Part shown: positions 27,275 to 37,060 of the stretch, piece by piece
Numbering within the stretch: the first letter of the stretch is position 1
How the letters are laid out: each line of letters begins with the position of its first letter
Assembly: GCA_037146715.1 (NCBI GenBank)
Contig: JBAWWO010000001.1
Location: 6,433 to 70,432, forward strand
Length of the DNA: 64,000 nt
Reading direction: 5' to 3'
Origin: Alphaproteobacteria bacterium
GTDB taxonomy: Bacteria > Pseudomonadota > Alphaproteobacteria > UBA7879 > UBA5542
The notes under the pieces: model-generated
What the model saw: the letters and a program-made list of their open reading frames with translations, nothing else
Told to the model about the DNA's origin: nothing
Databases searched by the model: none
Translations under genes and position numbers: made by a program

Positions 27275-27443
27275 ATCCTATGATAGGAAACAGCAGGGCT
27301 TTTTTCAAGGATTTTGTCAGGATCTATTTAGAGAGTAATCTGATAGCAAACTCTTGTCTTTTGACTGCTAAAATATTTTACTCTGTTGTACGTTTTTTTG
27401 ATATATCCGTTGCAAGTAGTTTAGTTCGCTATCCATTTTCTGC

Positions 27444-28352
27444 TTAATACCGCATATTTAAGCGAAGCAAGATAGAACTTTGGCGTGCGCCGATGGGAAG
27501 GCGGTGGTATTTATATTCTCCAGAAACATTCCAGGTGGGACTTAAAAAATAAATAAAACCACCTGTTGCTGACCAGCCGTTCCAATCTTGAATAATATAA
27601 TTCGATGACCGTCTTAGCAACACTTCAGAAGCGCTTTTTGCGTAAAGACTGAATGGATCTAACCGCATATCAAGACGCGCGCCTATACGGCCCTGCATAA
27701 GATGGCTCCACTCGGCCGAAGTATTAGTGCCATTGCTTAAATTATAACGACCTGTTTTTGAGTTATAATAAAGAATACTTGCATGGAGAGAAGGCGTAAA
27801 ACGGCCAAAAGTCTTTTTCGTTGTTACGCCTGTTTCAAAGAAACCTGCATTGGACCGGGCAACGCCAGCCCCCAGCTTATTATTATCTATTTCGCTGATC
27901 CTAAGGCGCGAGGTGATGGCGCCTCCCAGAACATTAAAACTGATATTAGGATTCAACTTGTAAACAGCATAGGGAACAATCCCATTACTTGTTGTATTTT
28001 CAACCCCGTTATTAGCAAAAGTATTGATCTTATTCTTCATCAGCAAAGCAGCTACTCCCCAATCCCATGTTGCGCTTTCTTTAGCATTTAAGGCAACGCT
28101 GGATATATTACCCATCGTTCTCCCCTTTAATGCAGCAAAATGGTTTTTGTTTTTCAACCATGTTTCGCTGACTGACAGTGTATATTTGGAGGCAGAAGGA
28201 GAGGCTTGAGTTTTTTGCTTATCGGATATTTTCTGAATGGCATCTTCATTAGCGCTGGTATTAAGGGTGCTAACGCGCATGGAGGCGGAGACCTTAGAAG
28301 CCAGCAGTAACAGGATAAAAAACCCCTTAAGATAAAATATTACTTTTTTCAT
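27444..28352 (-). CDS. putative outer-membrane beta-barrel protein
   Basis: Signal peptide MKKVIFYLKGFFILLLLASKVSA (start chosen at the ATG with an AAGGA RBS). Alternating amphipathic pattern, G/N/S/T-rich, aromatic C-terminus. Family not identified. Confidence 0.5.
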   Translation of the reverse strand: MKKVIFYLKGFFILLLLASKVSASMRVSTLNTSANEDAIQKISDKQKTQASPSASKYTLSVSETWLKNKNHFAALKGRTMGNISSVALNAKESATWDWGVAALLMKNKINTFANNGVENTTSNGIVPYAVYKLNPNISFNVLGGAITSRLRISEIDNNKLGAGVARSNAGFFETGVTTKKTFGRFTPSLHASILYYNSKTGRYNLSNGTNTSAEWSHLMQGRIGARLDMRLDPFSLYAKSASEVLLRRSSNYIIQDWNGWSATGGFIYFLSPTWNVSGEYKYHRLPIGARQSSILLRLNMRY

Positions 28353-28381
28353 CAGAGATCCTTTTTTTTGTGTCATTATTA

Positions 28382-29188
28382 TCATTCAGCAAAGCGTCTA
28401 AATCTTACAGAAAATGGGGGAGAGAGACGTCCATTTCCTGAAGCAGAGGTTTGCGGGCGATTACTTGAAGATCCTATAGGCGTTTCGGTGCTTCCTGAAT
28501 CTGTGATTTCTGTGTTCGCAGGGGGAATTGTACTTGAAGGAATTTCATCCACGGGCTTGATAGATACAGTGGTGGAGGAGTCCGTTACTGGGGAGTCAAC
28601 AGAGATAGTGCTTTCCGTGTCAGTTGCGGGAATGTCTATGGCAATATTTTCCTTCACAGAAGAATCGATGGGAAGGCTGATATCTGTATTGTCTCCTGAA
28701 CTTGTATCAGCAGGAGGAGTCGTACTAGTATTTTCATCCGCGGGATTAATAGATACAGTTGTAGAGGAATCCGTTACTGGGTCTACTATATCAACAGTTG
28801 CAGTTGGATCTCCTTCAGAGGAAGAAACAGAAGCATCTATAGGGCTAGAATCTGGAGCTGTATCAGATGTTGTCACTGACTCTACGGGAATATCTGTCGT
28901 ATCGCCTAAAATAGTGTCAACGGTGTTAGACGTATCTGTGTCAGAGGTAACAGTTACAGATTGATCAGCTGTAGAAACTCCTGTACCAGTAGGTGGCACA
29001 GCAGAATTTATAAAGGCATCAGTTATGTCGATGCTATCAATCAGAGATTCTACTGCTTCTTCTGTTTCAGACTCTGTAGTAGTTGCATTCTCTGTGATTT
29101 CAACAAGGGCGCTTTCTACCGCACACATGGCATTGGGGGGCAAAAAAAGAATTAAAAGCAGAATCAAACCTAAAGCCATTCTAGACAT
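28382..29188 (-). CDS. secreted Ser/Thr/Asp-rich repetitive acidic protein
   Basis: Signal peptide MSRMALGLILLLILFLPPNAMCA. Low-complexity D/S/T/V-rich body with two approx. 63-aa repeats (VDSPVTDSSTTVSIKPVDEIP... and VDIVDPVTDSSTTVSINPADEN...). The antisense ORF 28368..28964 is a low-complexity shadow. Confidence 0.55.
   Translation of the reverse strand: MSRMALGLILLLILFLPPNAMCAVESALVEITENATTTESETEEAVESLIDSIDITDAFINSAVPPTGTGVSTADQSVTVTSDTDTSNTVDTILGDTTDIPVESVTTSDTAPDSSPIDASVSSSEGDPTATVDIVDPVTDSSTTVSINPADENTSTTPPADTSSGDNTDISLPIDSSVKENIAIDIPATDTESTISVDSPVTDSSTTVSIKPVDEIPSSTIPPANTEITDSGSTETPIGSSSNRPQTSASGNGRLSPPFSVRFRRFAE
28546..28782. repeat. approx. 190-bp tandem duplication within CDS 28382..29188
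   Basis: ttcatccacgggcttgatagatacagtggtggaggagtccgttactgg (28546..) vs ttcatccgcgggattaatagatacagttgtagaggaatccgttactgg (28736..). Confidence 0.75.
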
Positions 29189-29305
29189 TTTTCCTTCCCT
29201 TTATTTTTTATTATCGTTGCTCATCGAATAAGACCATGGGCCACAGGGGGAGTCAAGAAGAAAGCTGTCTGAAACCAATTAAGTATGTTACGGTATTCTT
29301 AAAGG

Positions 29306-30112
29306 GTGGAAAATATGCTAAATTCAGGCCATGCAGCTCGCTTTATTTCTCAAATGGATTTTATTGATCTAAGTCTTTTTATTGGGACTGTTATTATTGT
29401 TTCACTAATTGTGATGGGCATTAGGCGTCTTTCCGATTGGATTTCAAAGAAGTTTCCTTCTAAAAGGATGATGGTTTTTGGATGGATTCCTGTTGTGAAT
29501 TTTTTGCTGTACTTTGCGGGAGTATTCGGATCATTTTATGTTATTTTTGACCCCAATCAAAAATTTCTTATTGCTTTTATTATTAGCGGTTTTGTTGCTG
29601 TTGGATTTGCTGTTAAGGATCTTGTGGGATCAGTTATTGGAGGCATTGTCTTGCTAATAGATAAACCCTTTCAAGTAGGAGATCGTATAACTTTTCAAGA
29701 GCACTATGGGGAAATTATAAGAATAGGGCTGCGTTCGGTTAAGCTTCTGACCCTTGATGAAAGTATTGTGACCATTCCTAACCAACGTTTTATCAGCGAT
29801 ACGGTAAGTTCAAGCAGTGCTGGTGAGCTTGGAATGATGACAACAGTCGATGTTAATGTATCTCTGGATGCGGATTTATACAAAATTAAAGATATTCTTC
29901 ATAAACAGGCTGAGAAAAGCCAATATGTGGATGTACGGGGAAAAATAGCAATTGTTGGCAAAGAAGTGCTGGGGATTGATGGTGTTGTTTCTTTTGTGAT
30001 GACGGTTAAATGTATCCTTAAAGATGCACGACTTGAAAAGCCATTTCAAACAGAATTTCTTATGGATGTTAACAAAGAATTAAAGCGCAATAAGATTAAG
30101 AGAGATTCCTAA
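29306..30112 (+). CDS. small-conductance mechanosensitive channel (MscS family)
   Basis: Three N-terminal TM segments, then IVLLIDKPFQVGDRITF....GEIIRIGLRSVKLLTLDESIVTIPN matching the MscS beta-domain signature. Confidence 0.85.
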   Translation: MENMLNSGHAARFISQMDFIDLSLFIGTVIIVSLIVMGIRRLSDWISKKFPSKRMMVFGWIPVVNFLLYFAGVFGSFYVIFDPNQKFLIAFIISGFVAVGFAVKDLVGSVIGGIVLLIDKPFQVGDRITFQEHYGEIIRIGLRSVKLLTLDESIVTIPNQRFISDTVSSSSAGELGMMTTVDVNVSLDADLYKIKDILHKQAEKSQYVDVRGKIAIVGKEVLGIDGVVSFVMTVKCILKDARLEKPFQTEFLMDVNKELKRNKIKRDS

Positions 30113-30202
30113 AATCATTCAGCTTGCGTAAAATTTTAAAAAGAGGTATTTTTTAAAGTCTGGGAAATTAACGATGATCTTTTAATGGGGAAATTTGAAA
30201 AG

Positions 30203-30289
30203 GCCCAGGTGGCGAAATTGGTAGACGCGCTAGATTCAGGTTCTAGTGAACAATTGTTTGTGGAAGTTCGAGTCTTCTTCTGGGCACCA
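30203..30289 (+). tRNA. tRNA-Leu (anticodon CAG), class II with long variable arm
   Basis: Acceptor GCCCAGG/TCTGGGC, D-loop with GG, anticodon stem CTAGA/TCTAG with loop TTCAGGT, long variable arm GTGAACAATTGTTTGTG, T-arm GAAGTTCGAGTCTTC, encoded CCA. Confidence 0.88.
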
Positions 30290-30297
30290 AGGAAAAA

Positions 30298-30912
30298 ATG
30301 GAAATAGTTTTACATCAAGAAGATTTACATGCAACTTTTCCGAAAACGGATTGGGTTTCAATTGATACGGAAGCCATGGGGCTAAACCCCTTTCGGGATC
30401 GTTTGTGCTTGGTTCAGCTGTATGCGGGGGATACTTGTCATTTGGTTCAGTTTGGGCCGGATTCTAAGTATCATGCGCCTAAGTTAAAAGCTTTGCTGGA
30501 AAACCCAAAAATCACGAAAATTTTTCATTATGCTCGGTTTGATATTATGATGATTAAAAAATATTTGGGCGTTTCTGTGGCGCCCCTATACTGCACAAAA
30601 CTGGCCTCAAAATTGGCTAGAACTTCAACTGATCGGCATAGCCTAAAGGACTTATGTCATTCTTTGCTGGGGATTGAGCTTTCAAAGCAAGAACAATCTT
30701 CCGATTGGGGCAGGCTAGATTTGACTGAGGCGCAAAAGCAATACGCTGCTACAGATGTGCTGCATCTACACGATTTACGGCAAAAGCTGGATGAAATGCT
30801 GAAGCGGGAAAACCGTGTAAAATTAGCGGAAGGCTGTTTTAAAGCCCTGCCCACCTGCATTGATTTAGATCTGCTAGGCTGGGAAATTGGGGCGCTTTTT
30901 TCGCATAAGTAG
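30298..30912 (+). CDS. RNase D-like 3'-5' exonuclease domain protein (DEDDy)
   Basis: DTEAMGL (exo I), YARFDI (exo II-like) and YAATDVLHL (exo III Y-x3-D) motifs. 204 aa. Confidence 0.65.
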   Translation: MEIVLHQEDLHATFPKTDWVSIDTEAMGLNPFRDRLCLVQLYAGDTCHLVQFGPDSKYHAPKLKALLENPKITKIFHYARFDIMMIKKYLGVSVAPLYCTKLASKLARTSTDRHSLKDLCHSLLGIELSKQEQSSDWGRLDLTEAQKQYAATDVLHLHDLRQKLDEMLKRENRVKLAEGCFKALPTCIDLDLLGWEIGALFSHK

Positions 30913-30951
30913 AAGTTGTCCTATAAACTGCGCTGTCGTTGCACAAATCTT

Positions 30952-30980
30952 CTTGACAAAATTGTTAAAAAATTGTCAAG
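30952..30980. promoter_or_regulatory. perfect 8-bp inverted repeat CTTGACAA-N13-TTGTCAAG in the promoter region of the OMP gene
   Basis: Seen directly. Each arm embeds a TTGACA hexamer. A TATATTTTAT -10-like element lies downstream. Confidence 0.3.
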
Positions 30981-31019
30981 ATTGGTCTATATTTTATATA
31001 AAAAAAGATTTGGAAGGGT

Positions 31020-31778
31020 ATGAATTTTTCAAAGAAAATATTAATCATTCTGGCGCTTATCTCTTTTCAAGGACTTGCCTGTGCTGATTCAGGATTCTTT
31101 GTGGGGGGTGCCCTTACCTATACGCAGCCCGTAGATGCGAAATTTGGGGTGTTTTCGGAAGAAATTATTGCGGCTGCAAGTGGCTTTCAAAACGTTACAC
31201 TGCTGAGCAGTTCAGCCAATAGAATTGGGGGCGCTATTATGGGGGGGTATCATTATAAGCCAGAATCTTGGGGGGTTTATTTTTTAGAGGGGGAATTGAT
31301 TGCGCGCCGTTCTGGTAATGAACTAAAAAATAGTACGGTGAAATTAGAGTTGAATGATAATATTACAGTAGTAAACTATTCTTTGTCCATCAAACAAAAA
31401 GACACTTTTGGGACTTTATTGCGTTTGGGAAAGTATTTCACAGATTGTATAGGAGCTTATCTAAGTGCAGGAGTTCTGAACTCTAAATTTCAAACTACCA
31501 CTACTGGTATTGTTGAAACGTCTCCTCCTCAATATTCTACAGCTTCTGCTAAGGTAAATCGCGTTTGGGGGGGTAGATTAGGTTTTGGGGCTATTCAAGA
31601 TCTGGGGGATAGCAAAGCTTTTTCTTTACGGATTGATTATGGTTATGAAATGTACAAAAAATACTCAACAGGGTTGTTAGAGCAGTATAATGAAACAGAC
31701 AATGCTAAAGTGTTTAGCTCTATGTCGCCTAGTTTGTCCTATCATGTGGTAACGTTATCTTGTGTTTATAAAATTTAA
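31020..31778 (+). CDS. putative outer-membrane beta-barrel protein (Omp25/OmpA-N-like small barrel)
   Basis: Signal peptide MNFSKKILIILALISFQGLACA. G/Y-rich alternating strands (GGAIMGGYHYK, WGGRLGFGAIQDLG, LRIDYGYEMY). Confidence 0.5.
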   Translation: MNFSKKILIILALISFQGLACADSGFFVGGALTYTQPVDAKFGVFSEEIIAAASGFQNVTLLSSSANRIGGAIMGGYHYKPESWGVYFLEGELIARRSGNELKNSTVKLELNDNITVVNYSLSIKQKDTFGTLLRLGKYFTDCIGAYLSAGVLNSKFQTTTTGIVETSPPQYSTASAKVNRVWGGRLGFGAIQDLGDSKAFSLRIDYGYEMYKKYSTGLLEQYNETDNAKVFSSMSPSLSYHVVTLSCVYKI

Positions 31779-31791
31779 AGGGATAGAAGAA

Positions 31792-34251
31792 ATGTTTAAA
31801 AAAAATATCATACATAGTTTGTTCTTTTTTGTTTTTTTTGTAGGGCAAATTTCAGAAGCTGTTGTAAGTCGTAACGGTAAAATAATGGCTCAAAAACTAG
31901 GGATTTCTGATCAAGACGGGGAGATTTTGATTAATCAAGGGGTTTCTATTGTCGGAGCTATTGCAAATCCGGAATACTATAAGCAAGAACTTGAAAGGAT
32001 TCATAAGGAAAGTAGTGAAGGTTCTCGGTCTCAAAGCACTAAGAGCATGTCTACCCTAAGTGGTTCAAGTACTCCTGGCCCTGTGCAAATGTTAGATGCA
32101 GATGTTGCCGCTGAGAGGGCGCGATTACAAGATGAACATAAGAGAGAATTAGCAGTTGCTGAGGGCCGTATAAAAGAGCTTCAAGCAGCATCAGCACACC
32201 CTGCGCCAGGGTCAGCAATTGAGCCCCGATTTATTGATGAAGCTAATCGAATGATTCAAGCAGGCTATAGGAGACGCAATCTTAGAATTTCTGAAAATGA
32301 AGCAATACTTCAGGTGGTTTCCGAATATTTACAGAAAAATGCTGGAAAGAAAAAATCAGTTAAAGGCGATGCATTAATAGATGCTGTTGATTCAGAAATT
32401 GGGGAACATGACCATATCTATGCTGATACTGATCCTTTAGAGGCCGAGCGGTCTAGATCGCCTTCTCCTGCACCCAGAGTTCGTCAGGATTTTGCAGGCA
32501 TGATGGAAAATGGGGATGATCCGGATATTAGTTGGAGACGAGAAAATTCTGAAACTTATGCAGACAATAGGCTTGCTTATTATTTCAAAAATCTTGATGC
32601 TCCTAATGGAGATTTTCAAAAGCTGCTTTATCCCTACAAGAAAGTGCTTTATAAAAAGGCTTTTATGATTTTCGTGAATGATACTGGAGGAAGAGGAATT
32701 CATTTTGGTGACAGTCCAACGGAAGTTGCTGATGATTTGGTTGCAAAATGCAATCTTGAAAAACCTGTTTTTAAAGGATTTTTGGAAAGTTATAAAAAGT
32801 TTTTGGGGGCAACAGTTCCTTTAGAAAAGGCACGTACTTTAAATTTATGTTTTCATAAAGTGACGCAGCTTGAGCAGGACGAAAGTACTTATGAGCTTAT
32901 TTTTACCCTTTCAAAAGCGTTAAAAGATCTTTTAACGAGCCATGTTCTTCCTATAAGAAATATTCAGAATTTTAAAGATGAGCTTATTGTTGATTTGTAT
33001 AAAACATATGATGAGTTTATTGCGAATGATAGCTATGCTCAGAAATGGTTTGCGCCCATTTTAACAAATGAACTTGGATCTCAAAAAAGCACAGACTTTG
33101 GAGTCATGCTGAGAGAGATGGGCTTTATAGTTCAAAAGAAAACCCTTTTAGAATTTATCCAACAGATTGATACAAAAATCCGAAACTATCAAAGCAAGGG
33201 ATATAGTGTTTTTGCTCTAGAGCTTATAAAAATTTTAACCTCTGATGATGCAACTGCTTCGAATAGGGTAATAGAACGACTTAATAACTGGGGAGGCGTT
33301 GAAGGGAAGCTCACTCAGAATGCAGTGCATCAGGCAATTGCTAGGTTGAGGGGATATATTGGAGACTCTGTGATTAAGCAAGACTATCGGATGCTAGAAT
33401 TGGCGATTTATTTTAAGGTGAATTATCTTCAAGATCTTGGAAAACTAAGGTTAAAGAGAGTTCTTGATAATTTAGCGGAAAGTTGTAAAGATAATACACC
33501 GAAACAAATGGCTGATCTTAAAAAGTTAGATCTATGGATGGCGGCTGCAGAAAAGACGCTAGCAGAAGCCCGAGAGCAAAAAGAAAAAGAAGAGGCAAAG
33601 TCAAGGCTTGCTACAACAACACAAAAATTAAAAGAAGCAATTAACATGGTTCAAATAGGCAACAAACTTCTCTCAGAGCTTACGGAAGTCACCAGAGAAT
33701 CTCCACTACCAGCTCCTCCTGAGGCAGTTCCTGCTGAACCAGAACAGGAAAATGTTCCAGTCAGAGAAAAACCGATTAAGGAGCAAATTGATGAGAAAGT
33801 AGCTGAGCTGGCAGGTGCGGATAAGAAATTGCAGAATCTATTAAATACTTTGTTTAGGCTTATTCCTGATTCTCAAGTCTATCTGGCCCTTTTAAAGGGG
33901 TTGAGTGGCAAGACCTCAGTTGAGATTTCTGCTGCAGTAACACATGAAATAGAACATAGAAAAGTCGTAAAAAGATTGCCAGGTATGTCCCCTGAAGAAG
34001 GCGGTGTAATTCCTAAAGGGAGAGTGGCAATCGGGGGAGTACCCTCTGCTGTATTAAGTAACACATTTATAGAAGAGCAGCAGCTCTTCCATCAGGTGGC
34101 TATAGGGCTGGAACCAAGGCAATCTTCAGACTTGCGTATACAGATTGGAAAGAAAAATTTTCCTCCCGAAAGAAAAATAGCTCTTCTACAAGAGTTGATT
34201 CTTCTAAAATCTTATCCGGAAAAGAAAAAAGCCGTAGAAGCATTTCAATAG
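31792..34251 (+). CDS. hypothetical large secreted protein (820 aa) with coiled-coil segments
   Basis: AAGGGA RBS and signal peptide MFKKNIIHSLFFFVFFVGQISEA (start 31792 chosen over the listed 31762, which overlaps the OMP gene). Charged coiled-coil stretches and a Pro/Glu-rich linker (PLPAPPEAVPAEPEQE). No known domain. Confidence 0.55.
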   Translation: MFKKNIIHSLFFFVFFVGQISEAVVSRNGKIMAQKLGISDQDGEILINQGVSIVGAIANPEYYKQELERIHKESSEGSRSQSTKSMSTLSGSSTPGPVQMLDADVAAERARLQDEHKRELAVAEGRIKELQAASAHPAPGSAIEPRFIDEANRMIQAGYRRRNLRISENEAILQVVSEYLQKNAGKKKSVKGDALIDAVDSEIGEHDHIYADTDPLEAERSRSPSPAPRVRQDFAGMMENGDDPDISWRRENSETYADNRLAYYFKNLDAPNGDFQKLLYPYKKVLYKKAFMIFVNDTGGRGIHFGDSPTEVADDLVAKCNLEKPVFKGFLESYKKFLGATVPLEKARTLNLCFHKVTQLEQDESTYELIFTLSKALKDLLTSHVLPIRNIQNFKDELIVDLYKTYDEFIANDSYAQKWFAPILTNELGSQKSTDFGVMLREMGFIVQKKTLLEFIQQIDTKIRNYQSKGYSVFALELIKILTSDDATASNRVIERLNNWGGVEGKLTQNAVHQAIARLRGYIGDSVIKQDYRMLELAIYFKVNYLQDLGKLRLKRVLDNLAESCKDNTPKQMADLKKLDLWMAAAEKTLAEAREQKEKEEAKSRLATTTQKLKEAINMVQIGNKLLSELTEVTRESPLPAPPEAVPAEPEQENVPVREKPIKEQIDEKVAELAGADKKLQNLLNTLFRLIPDSQVYLALLKGLSGKTSVEISAAVTHEIEHRKVVKRLPGMSPEEGGVIPKGRVAIGGVPSAVLSNTFIEEQQLFHQVAIGLEPRQSSDLRIQIGKKNFPPERKIALLQELILLKSYPEKKKAVEAFQ

Positions 34252-34265
34252 GGGCTATTCTTACT

Positions 34266-35564
34266 CTACTCCTCCACCCTTGCGGCAACAACGCCATCAT
34301 GGAACTGGATGGTCATTTTTTGGGTGGGGGTTAGTTTCTTGGCTGAGGTCACCAGATGGCCATCCTGCTTCACCAAGGCAAAACCACGCTGCAGGGTGTG
34401 GGTATAAGAATAACTTTCTAGTAAATCTGCTGCCCACTCAAACCGCATTCTGTGCTTTCCAACCAACATCGCAGCGCTGGAAATTTGCTGTAACCGATGC
34501 TCTAGAAACAAAAACTTTTGCTGCTTATTGTGAACCAGAGACTCCATGGCGATTTTCAGGCGCTCCAAGCGGTCATCCAAATTCTGCAATTTATTTTCTA
34601 AGATTGATTTAGGGCTAATGAGTCCCCGGCTAAAGCTATTCAATTTCCACTGCAAAGCTTGTACCACCTTACCCATATTCATGGTAAGTCGATGGGTTTT
34701 TGAGTTCAGGGCCTCCAAAATTTCCAAACGTACAGGAACCGCCATTTCTGCTGCGGCGGTGGGGGTTGGTGCCCGTCGATCAGCCACGTAGTCAATCAAG
34801 GTTGTGTCTGTTTCATGCCCCACGGCAGAGATAATAGGAATGTGACTTGCGGCAACAGCCCGAACCACTTCTTCCTCATTAAAGGCCCACAGGTCTTCAA
34901 GACTGCCCCCACCCCGGGCGACAATTAATACATCGGGGGTGGGAATGTGAGAAGGCAGATCATTGAATCCTTTGATGGCTTGGGCCACTTCCCGGGCGGC
35001 TGTCTCCCCCTGAACGGACACGGGCCACAGCAAAACATGCCGGGGAAAGCGGTCCTGCAGGCGGTGCAAAATATCCTGAATCACCGCCCCTGTGGGGGAG
35101 GTAATAATCCCAATGGTCGTGGGCAGAAAGGGCAGAGGCTTTTTGCGGTCGACGTCAAAGAGTCCTTCAGCCGCCAGCTTTGTTTTGCGTTCTTGCAAAA
35201 GCTTTAGCAGCGCTCCCACACCTGCGTGCTCCATATAATCCACGATGATCTGGTACTTGGATCTGGCCCCATAGGTGGTTAATCGTCCGTGACAGATGAC
35301 CTCCATCCCATCGGTGGGCTTTAGGGGGAATTTGCCTAAAGTCCCCCGCCAGCAAATGCCGTCTAAAACGGATTCGGAATCTTTTAAAGAAAAATAGAGG
35401 TGGCCTGAGGTATGCAATTTGGCGCCGGAAATTTCCCCCCGAACACGCACAAGCCGAAAATGAGCTTCAATGGTCTGTTTTAAGGCCGTTGAAATCTGCG
35501 TCACCGAATAAACGGGCGTTGGGGCCGGGTGGTCGGCGATAGTTTCTTCAAGGACTGTATGCAT
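34266..35564 (-). CDS. xseA: exodeoxyribonuclease VII large subunit
   Basis: N-terminal OB-fold (VRGEIS....SGHLYFSLKD), central catalytic region (ITSPTGAVIQD...ARGGGSLEDLWAFNEE), C-terminal coiled-coil. 432 aa. Confidence 0.9.
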   Translation of the reverse strand: MHTVLEETIADHPAPTPVYSVTQISTALKQTIEAHFRLVRVRGEISGAKLHTSGHLYFSLKDSESVLDGICWRGTLGKFPLKPTDGMEVICHGRLTTYGARSKYQIIVDYMEHAGVGALLKLLQERKTKLAAEGLFDVDRKKPLPFLPTTIGIITSPTGAVIQDILHRLQDRFPRHVLLWPVSVQGETAAREVAQAIKGFNDLPSHIPTPDVLIVARGGGSLEDLWAFNEEEVVRAVAASHIPIISAVGHETDTTLIDYVADRRAPTPTAAAEMAVPVRLEILEALNSKTHRLTMNMGKVVQALQWKLNSFSRGLISPKSILENKLQNLDDRLERLKIAMESLVHNKQQKFLFLEHRLQQISSAAMLVGKHRMRFEWAADLLESYSYTHTLQRGFALVKQDGHLVTSAKKLTPTQKMTIQFHDGVVAARVEE

Positions 35565-35622
35565 GAACAGCAGTATGCCATAGGGGGAATTGAATTGGAA
35601 GGGGGCCTTGATTTTCTTACTT

Positions 35623-36366
35623 TTATCCCAGTTTAGGTGTAGCTGATGGGTTTTTATCCACGATTTCTTTGGTCTTGTAGGTATCTCCTATTTGTACAAC
35701 TTGGTAGTGCCTGTTTTCTTTGATGAGGAGGGGAGTTCCATTCTTCATATATTCTATATCAAATTCGATGGGTACAATAATTCCCCCTTGCTGGTTAATA
35801 AGGCCGAATTTTCCTCCTTCAAGCGTGGGATATTCTGCTCCTTGATCAACATACTTACACCCTTTTCCGACTACGGCTACAGGTACATTGAAAACAAAGC
35901 CAGTCACCCACTCAAATTGAGCTGGGATGACGATATTGGCTTTGCGGTCAATGAATCCAATCTTACCATTTTTTACGAATCGGCTTAGACCATTGCAATA
36001 ATAATCTGCCCCATTATCGAATAAAAAGTTTTCTAGTAAGACTTTTCCTGTTTTATCAATTGTGAAAGGGCGCCATTTTGTGCTTTCAAAAAACACATGC
36101 GCAATTCCAAATTCTGTAAATTCGGAAGCCATTATGAATTGAGGTCGTATTACGATATGACCCTTTTTATCTTTGTATCCCATTAACTTTGTTTTTGGAT
36201 CCGTAAAGGAGATTCGGTTTGGATCCTCAAATAGATGATGCTCACAAGGATTGAAATTTCTTTTGACAATTATTTCTGGGGGTGAGTCCTGACATCCCGG
36301 AATGCTTAAGGCAAGAAGCCCCAACAAAGAGACCAGAACAATCGACGACAAACTTTTAAGAGACAT
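35623..36366 (-). CDS. WG-repeat-containing secreted/lipoprotein
   Basis: Signal peptide with LSIPGC. Repeated KxGxIxxxGxxVIxPQF modules (GYKDKKGHIVIRPQF, NGKIGFIDRKANIVIPAQFEW, GKFGLINQQGGIIVPIEFD) typical of the WG beta-repeat family. Confidence 0.55.
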   Translation of the reverse strand: MSLKSLSSIVLVSLLGLLALSIPGCQDSPPEIIVKRNFNPCEHHLFEDPNRISFTDPKTKLMGYKDKKGHIVIRPQFIMASEFTEFGIAHVFFESTKWRPFTIDKTGKVLLENFLFDNGADYYCNGLSRFVKNGKIGFIDRKANIVIPAQFEWVTGFVFNVPVAVVGKGCKYVDQGAEYPTLEGGKFGLINQQGGIIVPIEFDIEYMKNGTPLLIKENRHYQVVQIGDTYKTKEIVDKNPSATPKLG

Positions 36367-36377
36367 TTTCTACTCTA

Positions 36378-36998
36378 TTAAACACTAGCCCTAACCATTT
36401 TTATGGCGAAATAAATCAGGGCAATGCCCGTGATGCGTTCAATCCAATGGCGCTGAGCAAATAGTTTTTTCTGTAAGTGAACATTCGTTAGGATCAGGCT
36501 AAGGGCGCCATACCATACCAGGTAAGAAACGACAAAAATGGCAACATACAAACTGCGCACCCAGGCAAAATGGGAATAAAAGATGCCGAACAACGATAAA
36601 ATAGAAATCGTGGCAAAAGGGTTCAGCAGCTGTGTCCATAGACCCAGCTGAAAAGAAATGGCCAGGGATTTTTTTTGGTAGGTGTATTCTGTTTTTTCCG
36701 TCTGGGGCGCTTTTTTAGTCATAAGCCCCCTAAACCCAAGATAAGTCAAATAAATGGCGCCGGTGATTTGGATCACCTTTAGGGCTGCCGGATACACATC
36801 AAATAACCAGCATAGGCCTAGGGCCCCTAGGGCTCCCTGAATAAACACACCAGATGTTAGCCCCAATGTCACCATGAAGCCATCAGTTCGGCTATGCTCG
36901 GCACTAGCACGCAAAATCATAGCCAGGTTGGGCCCAGGACTTACCAGGGCCACCCAAAACATAATAAACAATCCATAAATCTTATCTAATTCTGTCAT
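36378..36998 (-). CDS. LysE/RhtB family amino-acid exporter
   Basis: N-terminal helix followed by SPGPN, six TM segments. 206 aa. Confidence 0.8.
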   Translation of the reverse strand: MTELDKIYGLFIMFWVALVSPGPNLAMILRASAEHSRTDGFMVTLGLTSGVFIQGALGALGLCWLFDVYPAALKVIQITGAIYLTYLGFRGLMTKKAPQTEKTEYTYQKKSLAISFQLGLWTQLLNPFATISILSLFGIFYSHFAWVRSLYVAIFVVSYLVWYGALSLILTNVHLQKKLFAQRHWIERITGIALIYFAIKMVRASV

Positions 36999-37060
36999 TT
37001 TTATTTTTGCACTTCAGACGGAATGTACTATAAATAAGCGTAAATATAAAAGGAAATTTT

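Noticed and set aside
28368-28964. 198-aa plus-strand ORF antisense to the S/T/D-rich gene
   Set aside because: It is a low-complexity mirror of the minus-strand repeat gene. It lacks an RBS, signal peptide or sensible start, whereas the minus-strand ORF has a clean signal peptide and operon context.
25127-30289. tRNA-Thr and tRNA-Leu as integration sites of a genomic island
   Set aside because: No integrase, direct repeat of the tRNA 3' end, or phage/IS genes are found nearby. Flanking genes are ordinary (phnA-like, sulP, mscS, rnd-like). No mobile element is supportable.
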